Below the pieces are notes generated by a model. The model was not told the DNA's origin. It saw only the letters and a list, made by a program, of their open reading frames with translations, and ran no database searches. A program made the position numbers and the translations under genes. Positions 17,931 to 27,667 of a stretch of 64,000 nucleotides of DNA are shown piece by piece (the stretch's first letter is position 1; the number at the start of each line of letters is the position of its first letter). The stretch lies in assembly GCA_963770935.1 (NCBI GenBank), contig CAVYRJ010000007.1, positions 1 through 64,000 on the forward strand, written 5' to 3'. Origin of the DNA: Candidatus Bathyarchaeota archaeon. Lineage in GTDB: Archaea > Thermoproteota > Bathyarchaeia > Bathyarchaeales > Bathycorpusculaceae.

Positions 17931-18683
17931 ATGCTAGGACCTATTGAAAGGTACTTGCTTGAAAAAATAAAAACCGATGGCTCAATCCACATAACCCTCA
18001 TAGACCCTGAAAAAGTAACCGCTTCCAATGCCTCGCAGATTGCAGAGAGTTCCAAAAATAGTGGAACAGCTGCCATAATGATTGGGGGCTCAACCTTTGT
18101 TTCTGAAAATCATCTTGACGCGGTAATCAAAGCCATAAAATCCAAAGTAAACATTCCCACTATACTTTTCCCAAATAACGTCACTGGAATTAGCAGCCAC
18201 GCAGACGCAATATGGTTCATGTCCCTGCTAAACTCCGTGGACCCCTATTTCCTTATAGGCGCCCAAATCCTAGGAGCTCCCCTCGTTAAAAAGTACGGTT
18301 TAGAACCGATTGCTATGGGCTACATCATCGTAGGAGACGGCGGTACCGCTGGTATAGTTGGAAAAGCAATCTCAGTGCCCTACAACAAGCCCGAACTTGC
18401 AGCCGCTCACGCTCTAGCAGGTCAATACCTGGGAATGCGTTTTATCTATCTTGAAGGAGGATCTGGAGCAGCAAACCCCGTGCCTCCTGAAATGATTCGC
18501 GCTGTTAAACATTTGATCGACATTCCACTCATCGTCGGCGGAGGAATAAGGGCTAAGGAGCAAGCGATAGTTGCGGCTTCGGCAGGAGCAGACGTAATAG
18601 TTACTGGAAACGTCACTGAATCAAATGATGCAAAACAGCGAGTTTCTGACATTATAAAAGCAATAAAAGGCGTCAAAGTCTAA
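17931..18683 (+). CDS. Geranylgeranylglyceryl phosphate synthase
   Basis: TLIDPEK, IMIGGS, FMSLLNS, YLEGGSGA, IVGGGIR. Confidence 0.93.
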   Translation: MLGPIERYLLEKIKTDGSIHITLIDPEKVTASNASQIAESSKNSGTAAIMIGGSTFVSENHLDAVIKAIKSKVNIPTILFPNNVTGISSHADAIWFMSLLNSVDPYFLIGAQILGAPLVKKYGLEPIAMGYIIVGDGGTAGIVGKAISVPYNKPELAAAHALAGQYLGMRFIYLEGGSGAANPVPPEMIRAVKHLIDIPLIVGGGIRAKEQAIVAASAGADVIVTGNVTESNDAKQRVSDIIKAIKGVKV

Positions 18684-18765
18684 GGTTCTGTTCGTTCGTA
18701 TTTCTGTTTAGTTTTAGAAAGCCAAAATAACCCATCGCATTATATCTTGCAGGTGAATTATCAAC

Positions 18766-21700
18766 TTGAATATCAGCAAGGGCTATCGAAACTACGTTGA
18801 AACAATGGAAAACCAGCTGAAAGAATTGTACGCAATCAGCGACAGCGCCAGATCAAAAGGCCTTGATCCAGCCCTAAAAACAGAATGCATAATAGCTCAA
18901 GACATCGCCGATTTAGTGGAAGGTTTGGTTGGACCCAAAGGCGTTGCCCTAAGCATCAGGGATTGGAGCACAAAGATGCCACGGGAAGAAATAGCCTTCA
19001 AAGTGGCTGAAGAAATCACCGTGGGCAAATTCGGACAGATGCTTCCTGAGAGAGCAGCGGAACAAGCTATTCGGACGGCTCTTGCAATTTTCACTGAGGG
19101 CTTAACTGCAGCCCCAATTCAGGGTATAGCTCAAGTTAAAATAAAGACAAACGCCGACAGAACCCGCTACTTAGCCATTTACTTTGCTGGGCCTATCCGT
19201 TCAGCTGGCGGAACAGACCAAGCCTTAACCCTTGTCGTAGGCGATTATGTCCGGTGCCAACTTAACTTAGACAAGTACAAGCCAACTGAAGAAGAAATCT
19301 CACGCTTCATCGAAGAGCTAAGACTCTATGAACGCTCCGTGGGTCGTTTTCAGTACCACATACCCGATGAAGAACTACGAAAAGCCCTCAATCTAATTCC
19401 TGTTGAATGTACTGGAACAGAATCAGACCCCGTTGAAGTCTCGTCATATCGAAACTTAGAAAGAGTTGAAACAAACCGGGTCAGAGGCGGAGCTCTCAGA
19501 GTTGTCAACGACGGAATCGTGGGGCGCGCACAGAAAGTCTATGTGATAATTGATAAACTAGGTTTTCAGGGTTGGGAATGGCTCAAAAATTTCAAGAAGA
19601 AATCTGAGAAGAAGTCAGGCGGCTTCATGGATGACGTGATTGCGGGACGACCAATTTTCGCTTTTCCTTCCACACGAGGCGGTTTTCGCCTAAGGTATGG
19701 TAGATCACGAAACACTGGGCTCTCAGCTGTCGGTATCCACCCTGCCACAATGCTTGTGGTTGAAAGGTTCCTTGCTGCAGGCACACAGATGCGTCTAGAG
19801 TTGCCCGGCAAAGGCGGTGTCACGATGCCCGTGGATAGTATCGAGCAACCCGTGGTTTTGCTAAAAGATAACTCTGTGGTTAAGGTGTCGCTGGAGAACT
19901 TTGCAGAGGTTAAAGGTAAGATTCAAAAAATTCTGTTCTTAGGAGACATGCTCATAGATTTCGGCGATTTCCTCTATTGCAACAAGGCACTTCCACCCTC
20001 TGGTTACGTGGAGGAATGGTGGGCAAAAGACCTGCAAATCGCTATTCTGGAAAAGTACGGTTCCGATTATCCTAAGGTAGCTCAAGCGACAAATCTTCCC
20101 TTAGAGAAAATAGAACGTTTTGTGTTAGACCCATTTGCAAATAAGCCAACAGTTAAAGAAGCGGTTGCATTGAGTTCCTTTTTAGGCATCCCACTTGCTC
20201 CCAATTGCACATTATTTTGGGGAAACCTCTCCAACCTACAAGACGTTGACTTGCTGAGACAGTGGTTCACAGCTTGTGAAGTTGAAATGGAAGATGGCGT
20301 TGCAAGCAAGATTGTGGGCGAAGCTAGCGATGCCGCCATAAATTCCCTTCGGAAAATCTTTGTGCAACACAAAATTGTAGGCGGCAAAATCATGCTGGTC
20401 GGTGAAGATGCAGCTGCTTTAGCTTTCTCTCTTGGCTATGGCAAAACTCAAGCTGGTCAAGCAAATTCCACCCTGGAACTGCTGAGTTTGCTTTCAGGTG
20501 TGCAGATCAAGGATAAAGCGCCAACCTATGTGGGCGGACGCATGGGCAGGCCTGAAAAAGCCAAACATCGAGAGATGAAACCCCTTGTCCATGTCCTTTT
20601 TCCAGTAGGTTTGAAGGGTGGTTCACATCGGGATCTCATGGAAGCCTCACGGCAGGGACCAGTTTTTGTTGAGTTGGCTAAACGTAAATGCCCCACCTGC
20701 AAAAGTTACACACTCAAAGTAAGATGTCCCGCCTGCGAGTGCGAAACCTTCCCTGAGAAGATTTGTCCAAGATGCAGTAGAACAGTAAAAGACGCTGGTT
20801 GCCCAACCTGCAAAACAGAGGGTATTCTGTATCAGCGTCAACCCATCAATTTCAAAGAATTAATCGACAACGCCAGCAACATTCTTGGCTATCCAGCGCC
20901 CAAAATGTTGCGTGGAGTTAAGGGCCTAACGAACCTTGACAAAACCCCCGAGACTATTGAAAAGGGCATCTTAAGGGCAAAGCATGGCCTATCAGTTTAC
21001 AAAGATGGCACAATACGTTTTGACGCCACAAATGCCCCATTAACGCATATCACACCTGTCGAAGTAGGCGTTTCCATCGAAAAGATGAACCAAATGGGTT
21101 ATTTAGCTGATACGAATGGAGTGCCCTTAACGGACCCTGATCAAATTTGCGAACTAAAAATCCAAGACGTCGTAATTCCTTGGCGTGCAGCAGAGTACTT
21201 TGTCCAAATTGCCGCCTTCATCGATGACCTATTAACGCGCGTTTACAGGCAACCGCCATTCTATAATGTCAAGAAAGCTGAGGATATGGTAGGTCACTTG
21301 CTTTTTGGGTTGGCGCCTCATACGTGTGCTTGCATTTTGGGCAGAGTGGTTGGCTTTACTGACCGCAATGTTATCTATGCTCATCCTGTTTGGCATTCGG
21401 CTAAGCGTCGTGATTGTGATGGCGACGAAGACACCATTATGTTGGCGTTAGATACGCTCATCAACTTTTCACGCGTCTATTTACCTGCGCAGATAGGCGG
21501 AATCATGGATGCCCCTATCTTGCTTATTCCATTCGTCAACACAAAAGAGGTTCAAAGGCAAGCTCATGATTTCGATGTCAGCGCAACATATCCTCTGGAG
21601 TTTTATAAGAAAACTTTGGAAAAGAATGATGCTAGACCTACCAGCGACATCATGGATGTTATCAGCCACAGATTAGGCACTGAAGCGCAGTTTGAAGGCT

Positions 21701-22167
21701 TCCAATACACCACTCCCTGCTCAAGCATCAATCTTGGCAATGCAAATAGCTCCTACAAGGAATTCAAATCCATGATAGATAAGCTGCATATGCAATTGGA
21801 GTTGGGTGAAAAGATTGTTGCTGTTGATGCTAGGCGTGTGGCGCTGAAAGTTTTGAATACCCACTTTATGCGTGATATAGCGGGTAACATGCGTGCTTTT
21901 TCAACGCAGGGGTTTAGGTGTAAGTCTTGCAACAAGAAATTTCGCCGATTACCCCTCAAAGGCAAATGTCCGTTTTGCGGTGGAAAACTAACGCTTACCG
22001 TTTACCGTGGCGGCATAGAAAAGTACCTTGTTGCGGCACAGGAACTGGTCGATAAGTATGGCTTGCCAAAATATTATACACAACGCATGGATCTAATCAA
22101 GGAAGAGATAGCCACCATGTTCGACAACAAAAAGCCAAAGCAAGCAAAGCTTTTTGATTTTAATTAG
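18766..22167 (+). CDS. polC: DNA polymerase D large subunit DP2 (no intein seen)
   Basis: YFAGPIRSAGGT, GFRLRYGR, RMGRPEK, catalytic KRRDCDGDED, C-terminal Zn fingers. Confidence 0.97.
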   Translation: MNISKGYRNYVETMENQLKELYAISDSARSKGLDPALKTECIIAQDIADLVEGLVGPKGVALSIRDWSTKMPREEIAFKVAEEITVGKFGQMLPERAAEQAIRTALAIFTEGLTAAPIQGIAQVKIKTNADRTRYLAIYFAGPIRSAGGTDQALTLVVGDYVRCQLNLDKYKPTEEEISRFIEELRLYERSVGRFQYHIPDEELRKALNLIPVECTGTESDPVEVSSYRNLERVETNRVRGGALRVVNDGIVGRAQKVYVIIDKLGFQGWEWLKNFKKKSEKKSGGFMDDVIAGRPIFAFPSTRGGFRLRYGRSRNTGLSAVGIHPATMLVVERFLAAGTQMRLELPGKGGVTMPVDSIEQPVVLLKDNSVVKVSLENFAEVKGKIQKILFLGDMLIDFGDFLYCNKALPPSGYVEEWWAKDLQIAILEKYGSDYPKVAQATNLPLEKIERFVLDPFANKPTVKEAVALSSFLGIPLAPNCTLFWGNLSNLQDVDLLRQWFTACEVEMEDGVASKIVGEASDAAINSLRKIFVQHKIVGGKIMLVGEDAAALAFSLGYGKTQAGQANSTLELLSLLSGVQIKDKAPTYVGGRMGRPEKAKHREMKPLVHVLFPVGLKGGSHRDLMEASRQGPVFVELAKRKCPTCKSYTLKVRCPACECETFPEKICPRCSRTVKDAGCPTCKTEGILYQRQPINFKELIDNASNILGYPAPKMLRGVKGLTNLDKTPETIEKGILRAKHGLSVYKDGTIRFDATNAPLTHITPVEVGVSIEKMNQMGYLADTNGVPLTDPDQICELKIQDVVIPWRAAEYFVQIAAFIDDLLTRVYRQPPFYNVKKAEDMVGHLLFGLAPHTCACILGRVVGFTDRNVIYAHPVWHSAKRRDCDGDEDTIMLALDTLINFSRVYLPAQIGGIMDAPILLIPFVNTKEVQRQAHDFDVSATYPLEFYKKTLEKNDARPTSDIMDVISHRLGTEAQFEGFQYTTPCSSINLGNANSSYKEFKSMIDKLHMQLELGEKIVAVDARRVALKVLNTHFMRDIAGNMRAFSTQGFRCKSCNKKFRRLPLKGKCPFCGGKLTLTVYRGGIEKYLVAAQELVDKYGLPKYYTQRMDLIKEEIATMFDNKKPKQAKLFDFN

Positions 22168-22480
22168 ACCTAAAGCTTTTCAATGCAAACCGCATTTTCA
22201 TTTATCGGTGGAAGAAAGCATCAAAGAAAACCTTCATCCCAACGCTTACCTGAAAAACATAAGAAATGTTCACAGTGGCCTTGTTGCCAGAACAAAAATC
22301 TTAGCAATATTGGAAAGGCAAAGTTTTGCAGCTTGCAAGATTGCCAAAGAATCCGGCTTGTCTTATGGTGTTGTGATGTATCATCTTAGACTTTTAAAAA
22401 GTGAAGGTACAATCGAACGAAAGGGCAATACGCGTTATGTTTGGTTGACGACGGGTTTTGGGCAGAAACGTCTTGGTTAA
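22154..22480 (+). CDS. Small ArsR-like winged-helix protein; true start may lie downstream
   Basis: RTKILAIL...IAKESGLSYGVVMYHLRLLKSEGTIERKG. Confidence 0.75.
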   Translation: MILIRPKAFQCKPHFHLSVEESIKENLHPNAYLKNIRNVHSGLVARTKILAILERQSFAACKIAKESGLSYGVVMYHLRLLKSEGTIERKGNTRYVWLTTGFGQKRLG

Positions 22481-22764
22481 AACGTGCATTGGCAGGGTGT
22501 GCTTTGGCATTTTGGGCATTTGTTGTTGTACTTGTTGATTGCCGCTTTTTCAAGGTCGATTCCAATAATGTTGGCAAGTGACGCGAGCCAAGCAATGACA
22601 TCAGCAAACTCTTTCTCCGTTGCTTCTTTATCGTTTCCCTTCAACTCTTCCCCAAGCTCGGCGACTTCACCGACGAGCCAATTGAAGGTTCCCTCTATTC
22701 CTCTTTCGGAATCACGTTTAAAATAGAGACGTTTCATCATTTCTTGAAATTCGTGAATTTGCAT
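22477..22764 (-). CDS. MazG-like nucleotide pyrophosphohydrolase
   Basis: WLVGEVAELGE, EKEFADVIAWL, C-terminal CPKC..PCQC. Confidence 0.88.
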   Translation of the reverse strand: MQIHEFQEMMKRLYFKRDSERGIEGTFNWLVGEVAELGEELKGNDKEATEKEFADVIAWLASLANIIGIDLEKAAINKYNNKCPKCQSTPCQCTF

Positions 22765-22826
22765 TGCTCTCACGCAGAAGAGTTGATTTTGGATGTAATA
22801 AAGTTTGAACTTGCAGATTCTTAGGT

Positions 22827-22857
22827 TTTTGTGTGTTTGGTTGATGCTTTTGTATAC
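22827..22857. repeat. 31-bp dispersed intergenic repeat, copy 1
   Basis: TTTTGTGTGTTTGGTTGATGCTTTTGTATAC, identical to 57320-57350. Confidence 0.85.
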
Positions 22858-23008
22858 GAAGGCAAGTGTTAGGAAATGGTATTATAAAGTAAGAAAGGTT
22901 GAAGTTTTGTTCGTTTGTTTTTAGGGTTTTAGGATAGTTGTTTTGGGGCAAGATTAATTAGTTTAAGCAAATATTAGGCATTGCACATCATAGGATAAGG
23001 GATGTTTG

Positions 23009-23182
23009 GTGAGCAGAAAGAAAAAGAAAGATACTGGTCCAATGCCCGCTGCCAGTGCAGGTTTGCTGAGGTTCTTCGAGGAAGAGACCGAAGGAGTAAA
23101 AATCCGTCCTGAACTGCTCGTGGTCTTTTCAGTTGCACTAATAGTTGTATCTGTTTTAGCAAAAGTATTCTTCCCAGTTTAA
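23009..23182 (+). CDS. secG: Preprotein translocase subunit Sec61beta (absent from ORF track)
   Basis: Manual translation MSRKKKKDTGPMPAASAGLLRFFEEETEGVKIRPELLVVFSVALIVVSVLAKVFFPV. Confidence 0.92.
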   Translation: MSRKKKKDTGPMPAASAGLLRFFEEETEGVKIRPELLVVFSVALIVVSVLAKVFFPV

Positions 23183-23190
23183 ATGCTTCT

Positions 23191-23481
23191 TTAGCGTCTG
23201 GGTGGAGTTGCATGCAAGACTTCAATTCGTTGAACTGAGTTTAGATGCAAAAATAATTCGCTTCTTTCTTCTCGGCTTGCAACCTGAGGGATAGGTTGTG
23301 CTATGGTTGACCTTAAAACGATTGCTTCAGCATCGGAGAGCCAGATTCCTGAAGGTTCATGTGTCACGGCGCTTAAGGTGCCTTCGAAACCGTAAGCTGG
23401 ATCTAGAATTACTCTGATTTTCTTGCCCACGTTTCTCTCGAGCATGTGGAATATTGATGGGGGCAAATCTTGATCTGGCAT
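23191..23481 (-). CDS. Sm/LSm-fold-like protein
   Basis: LERNVGKKIRVIL...FEGTL...IWLSDAE...LFLHLNSVQRIE fits Sm1/Sm2 spacing. Confidence 0.6.
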   Translation of the reverse strand: MPDQDLPPSIFHMLERNVGKKIRVILDPAYGFEGTLSAVTHEPSGIWLSDAEAIVLRSTIAQPIPQVASREERSELFLHLNSVQRIEVLHATPPRR

Positions 23482-23714
23482 AAGCTTCGCAAATTAATAT
23501 GATTGTGCTTCTAAAGATAAAACAGTTCCCTTGCTGGGGCATGTTGATTTTTGTAATTATGGTTGCGAGATTGGGTTTGCTGTCTCTGTTTTTTGATTGA
23601 TTTATGATAAAACATTATTGCGTTGACTTTGGGTTATAGAAAAAGGTGTATTAATTGTTATAAAGTAGGTAGCTTTAGCTTAGCTAAATTTTAATAGGTC
23701 TGTCGAATTCCATT

Positions 23715-25538
23715 GTGGAGAGAAACATGGCGTCTGACAGTTCTCTTAATCGTTCAATGGATAGTGCAACCAAACACTATTCCTCAATGTTCTTTCTGCC
23801 ATCATACAAGACAGCATTAGTAGGCGTTGCCGCATTATGCATCATCGCAGTCAGCCTCTGTACATTCCTGCTCTATCCCTCAATGGGTAGTTTGGCATTG
23901 GGCTTCTCGCTTTTTGTCATCGCCTATCTATCCAACATGGTTGTCAGTAAATCCCTGCTTAGAAACGACCCCATCTTTTCAATGCGCAGAACGTTAGGCT
24001 TATCATTTGCCTGTTGGCTAATATGGCTAGTCTTTATCGTTCTGGGCGTCGGCTTAAGTTTCTGGTTTGGCTGGTTAATTTGGGTAAAACTTAGCCTCTT
24101 AGGCTTTGCTGCAGTTGTGACGCTTCGGTTTTTAGTTTTTAATGCAACCTCCTCGTCAGCAAAATGGCGACAAGTCCTCTCTATACTACTTGAGCCAGGT
24201 TTGAGCGTTGTGGCCTTTTTGGTTTTTTGGGAAGTAGCCATTTCAAACTCGTTTATCTTTGGGGTTTTGCCCTTTGTAATTTTATCCCCTATAATCGGTT
24301 ATGTAGCGGTGTATCTGCTGCTTTCATCTATTGACCGTTTTGGCAAAAAAAACTACTCGCTGCCCGCGCTACCCCTGTTTAGGGCTTTTCTACTTAACTG
24401 GGTCACTGATCAAAATGAACCTCTTGAGAAACACCTTGAAGCGATGGGCGGAGATGCAGATATTGAAGTGACTCTTCTAAAGTTTGACGCCAGCAAACCC
24501 AAAGCATCCATAATTGTTCCTCAAGTGCATCCAGGTCCATTCAAAAACATAGGCAGTAGTCTTTTGCCTTCGCTTCTGAAGCGGGAGGTCGAAAAAGAAA
24601 TCGGCGGCACCGCTTGCGTTCCCTTAGGTCTTCTAGGACACGAGCTTGATTTAGCTTCACAAACGCAAAACTACAAGATTGTGGCTCAGGTAATTGCTTC
24701 TGTCAAATTTGAATGTCAAGCTGCTCTAGCTTCACCCCTAGTTAGAGTCACTGATGGCGCCGCAACGGCTTCCTGCCAAATTTTCGGTGACACCGCATTT
24801 CTATCATTTTCACTTGCACCCAAAACCACTGAAGACCTACCTCAAGAATTAGGTCGTATCGTTGAAGATGAAGCAAAAAAGCACGGAATCCAAAACGCTG
24901 TTGTCGTTAACTGCCACAACTGTTTAACCGAAGTAATCGACACTGCCGAGCATCTGGACGAGTTGCAGCGGGCAGCTTCTCTGTGCCTTCAAAAAGCCGT
25001 TACTTTGCCGACAAAAACCTTCCGCTTGGGCTCTGCTACTGTTTTTCCAACAGAATTTTCACTAAAAGCCGGTATGGGTCCTGGTGGAATAACCGCTACA
25101 GTTGTTCAAGTGGAGAGCCAGAAAACAGCTTATATAGTTATAGACGGGAACAATATGGTTCCAGGTTTACGCGAAAAAATCCTTGAAGCTTTGACGACAC
25201 AGGGATTCGATGTCAGTGAAGTCTTTACCACAGACACCCATGCGGTTACTGCTTCTATCACTGGGCGACGCGGTTACCATCCTGTCGGCGAAGCCTTGGA
25301 TCAAACAGTGCTTATTCGATACATAGAGGAAGCGGCAAAGACGGCAGAAGCAAACCTTGAAACCTGCAAAGCGGGTTGCCGAACTTTGATTGTACCAAAA
25401 GTCCGAGTTATCGGTGAGGAACGCCTAAAATCAGTGACGACTCTAGTTGACAAAGCGATTGTTAAGGCAAAACACATTGTATTTCCAATCTTTGGATTAG
25501 AAGGCTTACTGCTAATCTTACTTCTACTGCTTTTTTAA
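23715..25538 (+). CDS. DUF2070 family membrane protein
   Basis: Multiple N-terminal TMs; VHPGPF..IGSS, NCHNC, IDGNN, TTDTH motifs. Confidence 0.88.
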   Translation: MERNMASDSSLNRSMDSATKHYSSMFFLPSYKTALVGVAALCIIAVSLCTFLLYPSMGSLALGFSLFVIAYLSNMVVSKSLLRNDPIFSMRRTLGLSFACWLIWLVFIVLGVGLSFWFGWLIWVKLSLLGFAAVVTLRFLVFNATSSSAKWRQVLSILLEPGLSVVAFLVFWEVAISNSFIFGVLPFVILSPIIGYVAVYLLLSSIDRFGKKNYSLPALPLFRAFLLNWVTDQNEPLEKHLEAMGGDADIEVTLLKFDASKPKASIIVPQVHPGPFKNIGSSLLPSLLKREVEKEIGGTACVPLGLLGHELDLASQTQNYKIVAQVIASVKFECQAALASPLVRVTDGAATASCQIFGDTAFLSFSLAPKTTEDLPQELGRIVEDEAKKHGIQNAVVVNCHNCLTEVIDTAEHLDELQRAASLCLQKAVTLPTKTFRLGSATVFPTEFSLKAGMGPGGITATVVQVESQKTAYIVIDGNNMVPGLREKILEALTTQGFDVSEVFTTDTHAVTASITGRRGYHPVGEALDQTVLIRYIEEAAKTAEANLETCKAGCRTLIVPKVRVIGEERLKSVTTLVDKAIVKAKHIVFPIFGLEGLLLILLLLLF

Positions 25539-25545
25539 AATAGAC

Positions 25546-26100
25546 CTATCTTGACTTTAGCCCTTGCGATTGCCTCTTTGGTTTCCTCTTCAATTCGGTG
25601 CCACAAATTTGGCACTCCTTAAACTTGCAGTCAGCAGAATATTTTTTATGGCAAGCAGGACAGTATCGGATCCATTCTAAAAGGCGTTTGATACCCAGCG
25701 TTGCCAAAGACAAAAAATCTATGCCCATTTTGGTAGCAACATTTTGGATAGAGTAGTCGTCGGTTACTATTTGGGGGATGTATCCTGAAGCTTTCAGTTC
25801 AAGGGCCAAAGCTAAAAGCTGTTTGTCTGTTTCCGATAACTTAAACGAGTCACCCACCTTGTTGGCAGATGCTTCAGCTTTATATGAGAATTCTTGGGTT
25901 GGCGCTTTGACTTTGAGTTTGCCGCTTTCAATCGCCATCTCTAAACGCATCTTAACCATTGAGTTCCTACGGATTTCTTCCTCAACTTTGGGCACCGTAA
26001 CTTGCTCTACACCCAACGCGAACGGGTCAAAACCAGCAACAAATGCCGAAGTATCTAAAACAATCACGCGACTGCATTGATCCTCGGTTTGACTTGTCAT
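25546..26100 (-). CDS. nob1: Nob1 endoribonuclease (PIN + Zn ribbon)
   Basis: VLDTSAF, LSETD, TDDYSIQN, CPAC...CQICG. Confidence 0.9.
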   Translation of the reverse strand: MTSQTEDQCSRVIVLDTSAFVAGFDPFALGVEQVTVPKVEEEIRRNSMVKMRLEMAIESGKLKVKAPTQEFSYKAEASANKVGDSFKLSETDKQLLALALELKASGYIPQIVTDDYSIQNVATKMGIDFLSLATLGIKRLLEWIRYCPACHKKYSADCKFKECQICGTELKRKPKRQSQGLKSR

Positions 26101-26942
26101 TCTGTTCCCTTAAAAAGCAACCTATTCCGTAATCTGGCATAAAAGTCAGCTTCAAATCGAATAAACGAAGTTACATTTTTAGACTTTGTTACCTTTAACA
26201 TCTCGTCAGCTCTGGCAAGTTTACGATAGCTCCCATCGATCAATACGAGCATTTCTTTTGGTCTCTCGACGTTGATACTTAATGTGGAATTCGCTGGAAA
26301 TACGAGCGAACGGAAAACCGTTAACGAACATATCGGCGTCAGCACAAAAGCTTCGATTTCTTGGTCTAATACTGGTCCTCCTGCCGAAAGTGAATACCCC
26401 GTTGAACCTGTTTGAGTTGAAACGATTAAGCCGTCAGCTTGACATTTTAGGATGGGTTTTTCATTCTTGCATATTTGCGTGTAGAGTATTTTTGATGGTT
26501 CACAGGCTGAAATGACAACATCGTTTAACGCGTCAGGCAGCTTTTCGTTTCCTATAGTTACTGATAGCTTTGCACATTTTTCAATTTTGTAATTGCCTTG
26601 TAGAATTTTGTCTACTGCTTCACAGGCGTTTTTGGGTTCAACCTCTGTAAGGAATCCTCTGACACCCATGTTAATTGTTAGAATTGGAGGTTCGGGCTTA
26701 GGAACAGTAATGCATGTCCGCAGGATGGTTCCGTCGCCACCGATTGTAACAATGAAATCAGGTTTCATAGCAGAAAGCGGGATAAACTCTGCTTGTGTGG
26801 TTACCTTGCTTGCAAGGGTATCTTCTACATAAACCTTCAAACCTTTGTTTGTCAGGTATTTGGATAGTTCCTCGGTTTGCTCCAACGCCGCATTGTTATC
26901 GTAGCGAGCGACTAATCCCACACTTTTGAGCACTTTTTCCAC
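26097..26942 (-). CDS. nadK: NAD kinase
   Basis: GGDGTIL, GFLTE, ALND, DGLIVSTQTGSTGYSLSAGGP. Confidence 0.93.
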   Translation of the reverse strand: MEKVLKSVGLVARYDNNAALEQTEELSKYLTNKGLKVYVEDTLASKVTTQAEFIPLSAMKPDFIVTIGGDGTILRTCITVPKPEPPILTINMGVRGFLTEVEPKNACEAVDKILQGNYKIEKCAKLSVTIGNEKLPDALNDVVISACEPSKILYTQICKNEKPILKCQADGLIVSTQTGSTGYSLSAGGPVLDQEIEAFVLTPICSLTVFRSLVFPANSTLSINVERPKEMLVLIDGSYRKLARADEMLKVTKSKNVTSFIRFEADFYARLRNRLLFKGTE

Positions 26943-27025
26943 CGGTCAGTAACTAGCGTAAACCTTAATCTATATATGGGTGTTGTTCTGAATTGCATTA
27001 AATAGAATTAATCTGTGGTGAGCGT

Positions 27026-27418
27026 ATGAGTAAACCAGTAGATGTTGGAGAATTACGCGTTGGCGGCTACATGATGATTGAAGGCGAACCTTGCCGCATC
27101 GTTGACATTGCCAAATCTAAACCTGGAAAACACGGGTCAGCCAAAGCAAGAATCGTCGCAATAGGCGTCTTTGACGGTCAAAAACGTCAATTTGTAAAAC
27201 CAGTTGACCTCGGAGCAGAAGTTCCCATAATCGACAAGAGAGCAGGCCAAGTCTTCGCAATTAGTCCTGCAGGCGTGCAGATAATGGACTTAGAAACCTA
27301 CGAGTACTTGGATGCGCCGTTCCCAGACGAGGTAGACCTTAAAGCCAAACTTGTAGCCGGTGCAGAAATTGAGTATTGGCGAATACTTGGAAAAGTAAAA
27401 ATCGTCCGAGTAAAATAA
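27026..27418 (+). CDS. eif5a: Translation factor aIF-5A
   Basis: Hypusine motif KSKPGKHGSAK. Confidence 0.96.
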   Translation: MSKPVDVGELRVGGYMMIEGEPCRIVDIAKSKPGKHGSAKARIVAIGVFDGQKRQFVKPVDLGAEVPIIDKRAGQVFAISPAGVQIMDLETYEYLDAPFPDEVDLKAKLVAGAEIEYWRILGKVKIVRVK

Positions 27419-27481
27419 TTAATAAACTATTTTTCTAATCTTTTCCATTAAAGTTTATGTTCTAGCGTGAAGCCTCTTGCT

Positions 27482-27553
27482 GTGAAGCCAATGATGCATG
27501 AAGAGCCGTCTGAATTGTGAAGAATAATCAATATGGGGAAACTGAGGCTTCAC
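27482..27553 (+). ncRNA. C/D-box guide sRNA
   Basis: Terminal stem GTGAAGCC/GGCTTCAC; box C ATGATGC (27491), D' CTGA (27510), C' GTGAAGA (27517), D CTGA (27542). Confidence 0.72.
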
Positions 27554-27667
27554 CTACAAAATTGAATGTCTACTTCGAAAAGCACAAATAATATAGGCTT
27601 AAAATTGGGCTTTATTTGTGTAATCTTTATCTAAAAGAAAAATAGAATGGTTAAGCTGGAGATTCAG

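Noticed and set aside
18766-22167. Inteins in DP2 (also checked MCM and RFC)
   Set aside because: Lengths are normal and catalytic motifs are contiguous
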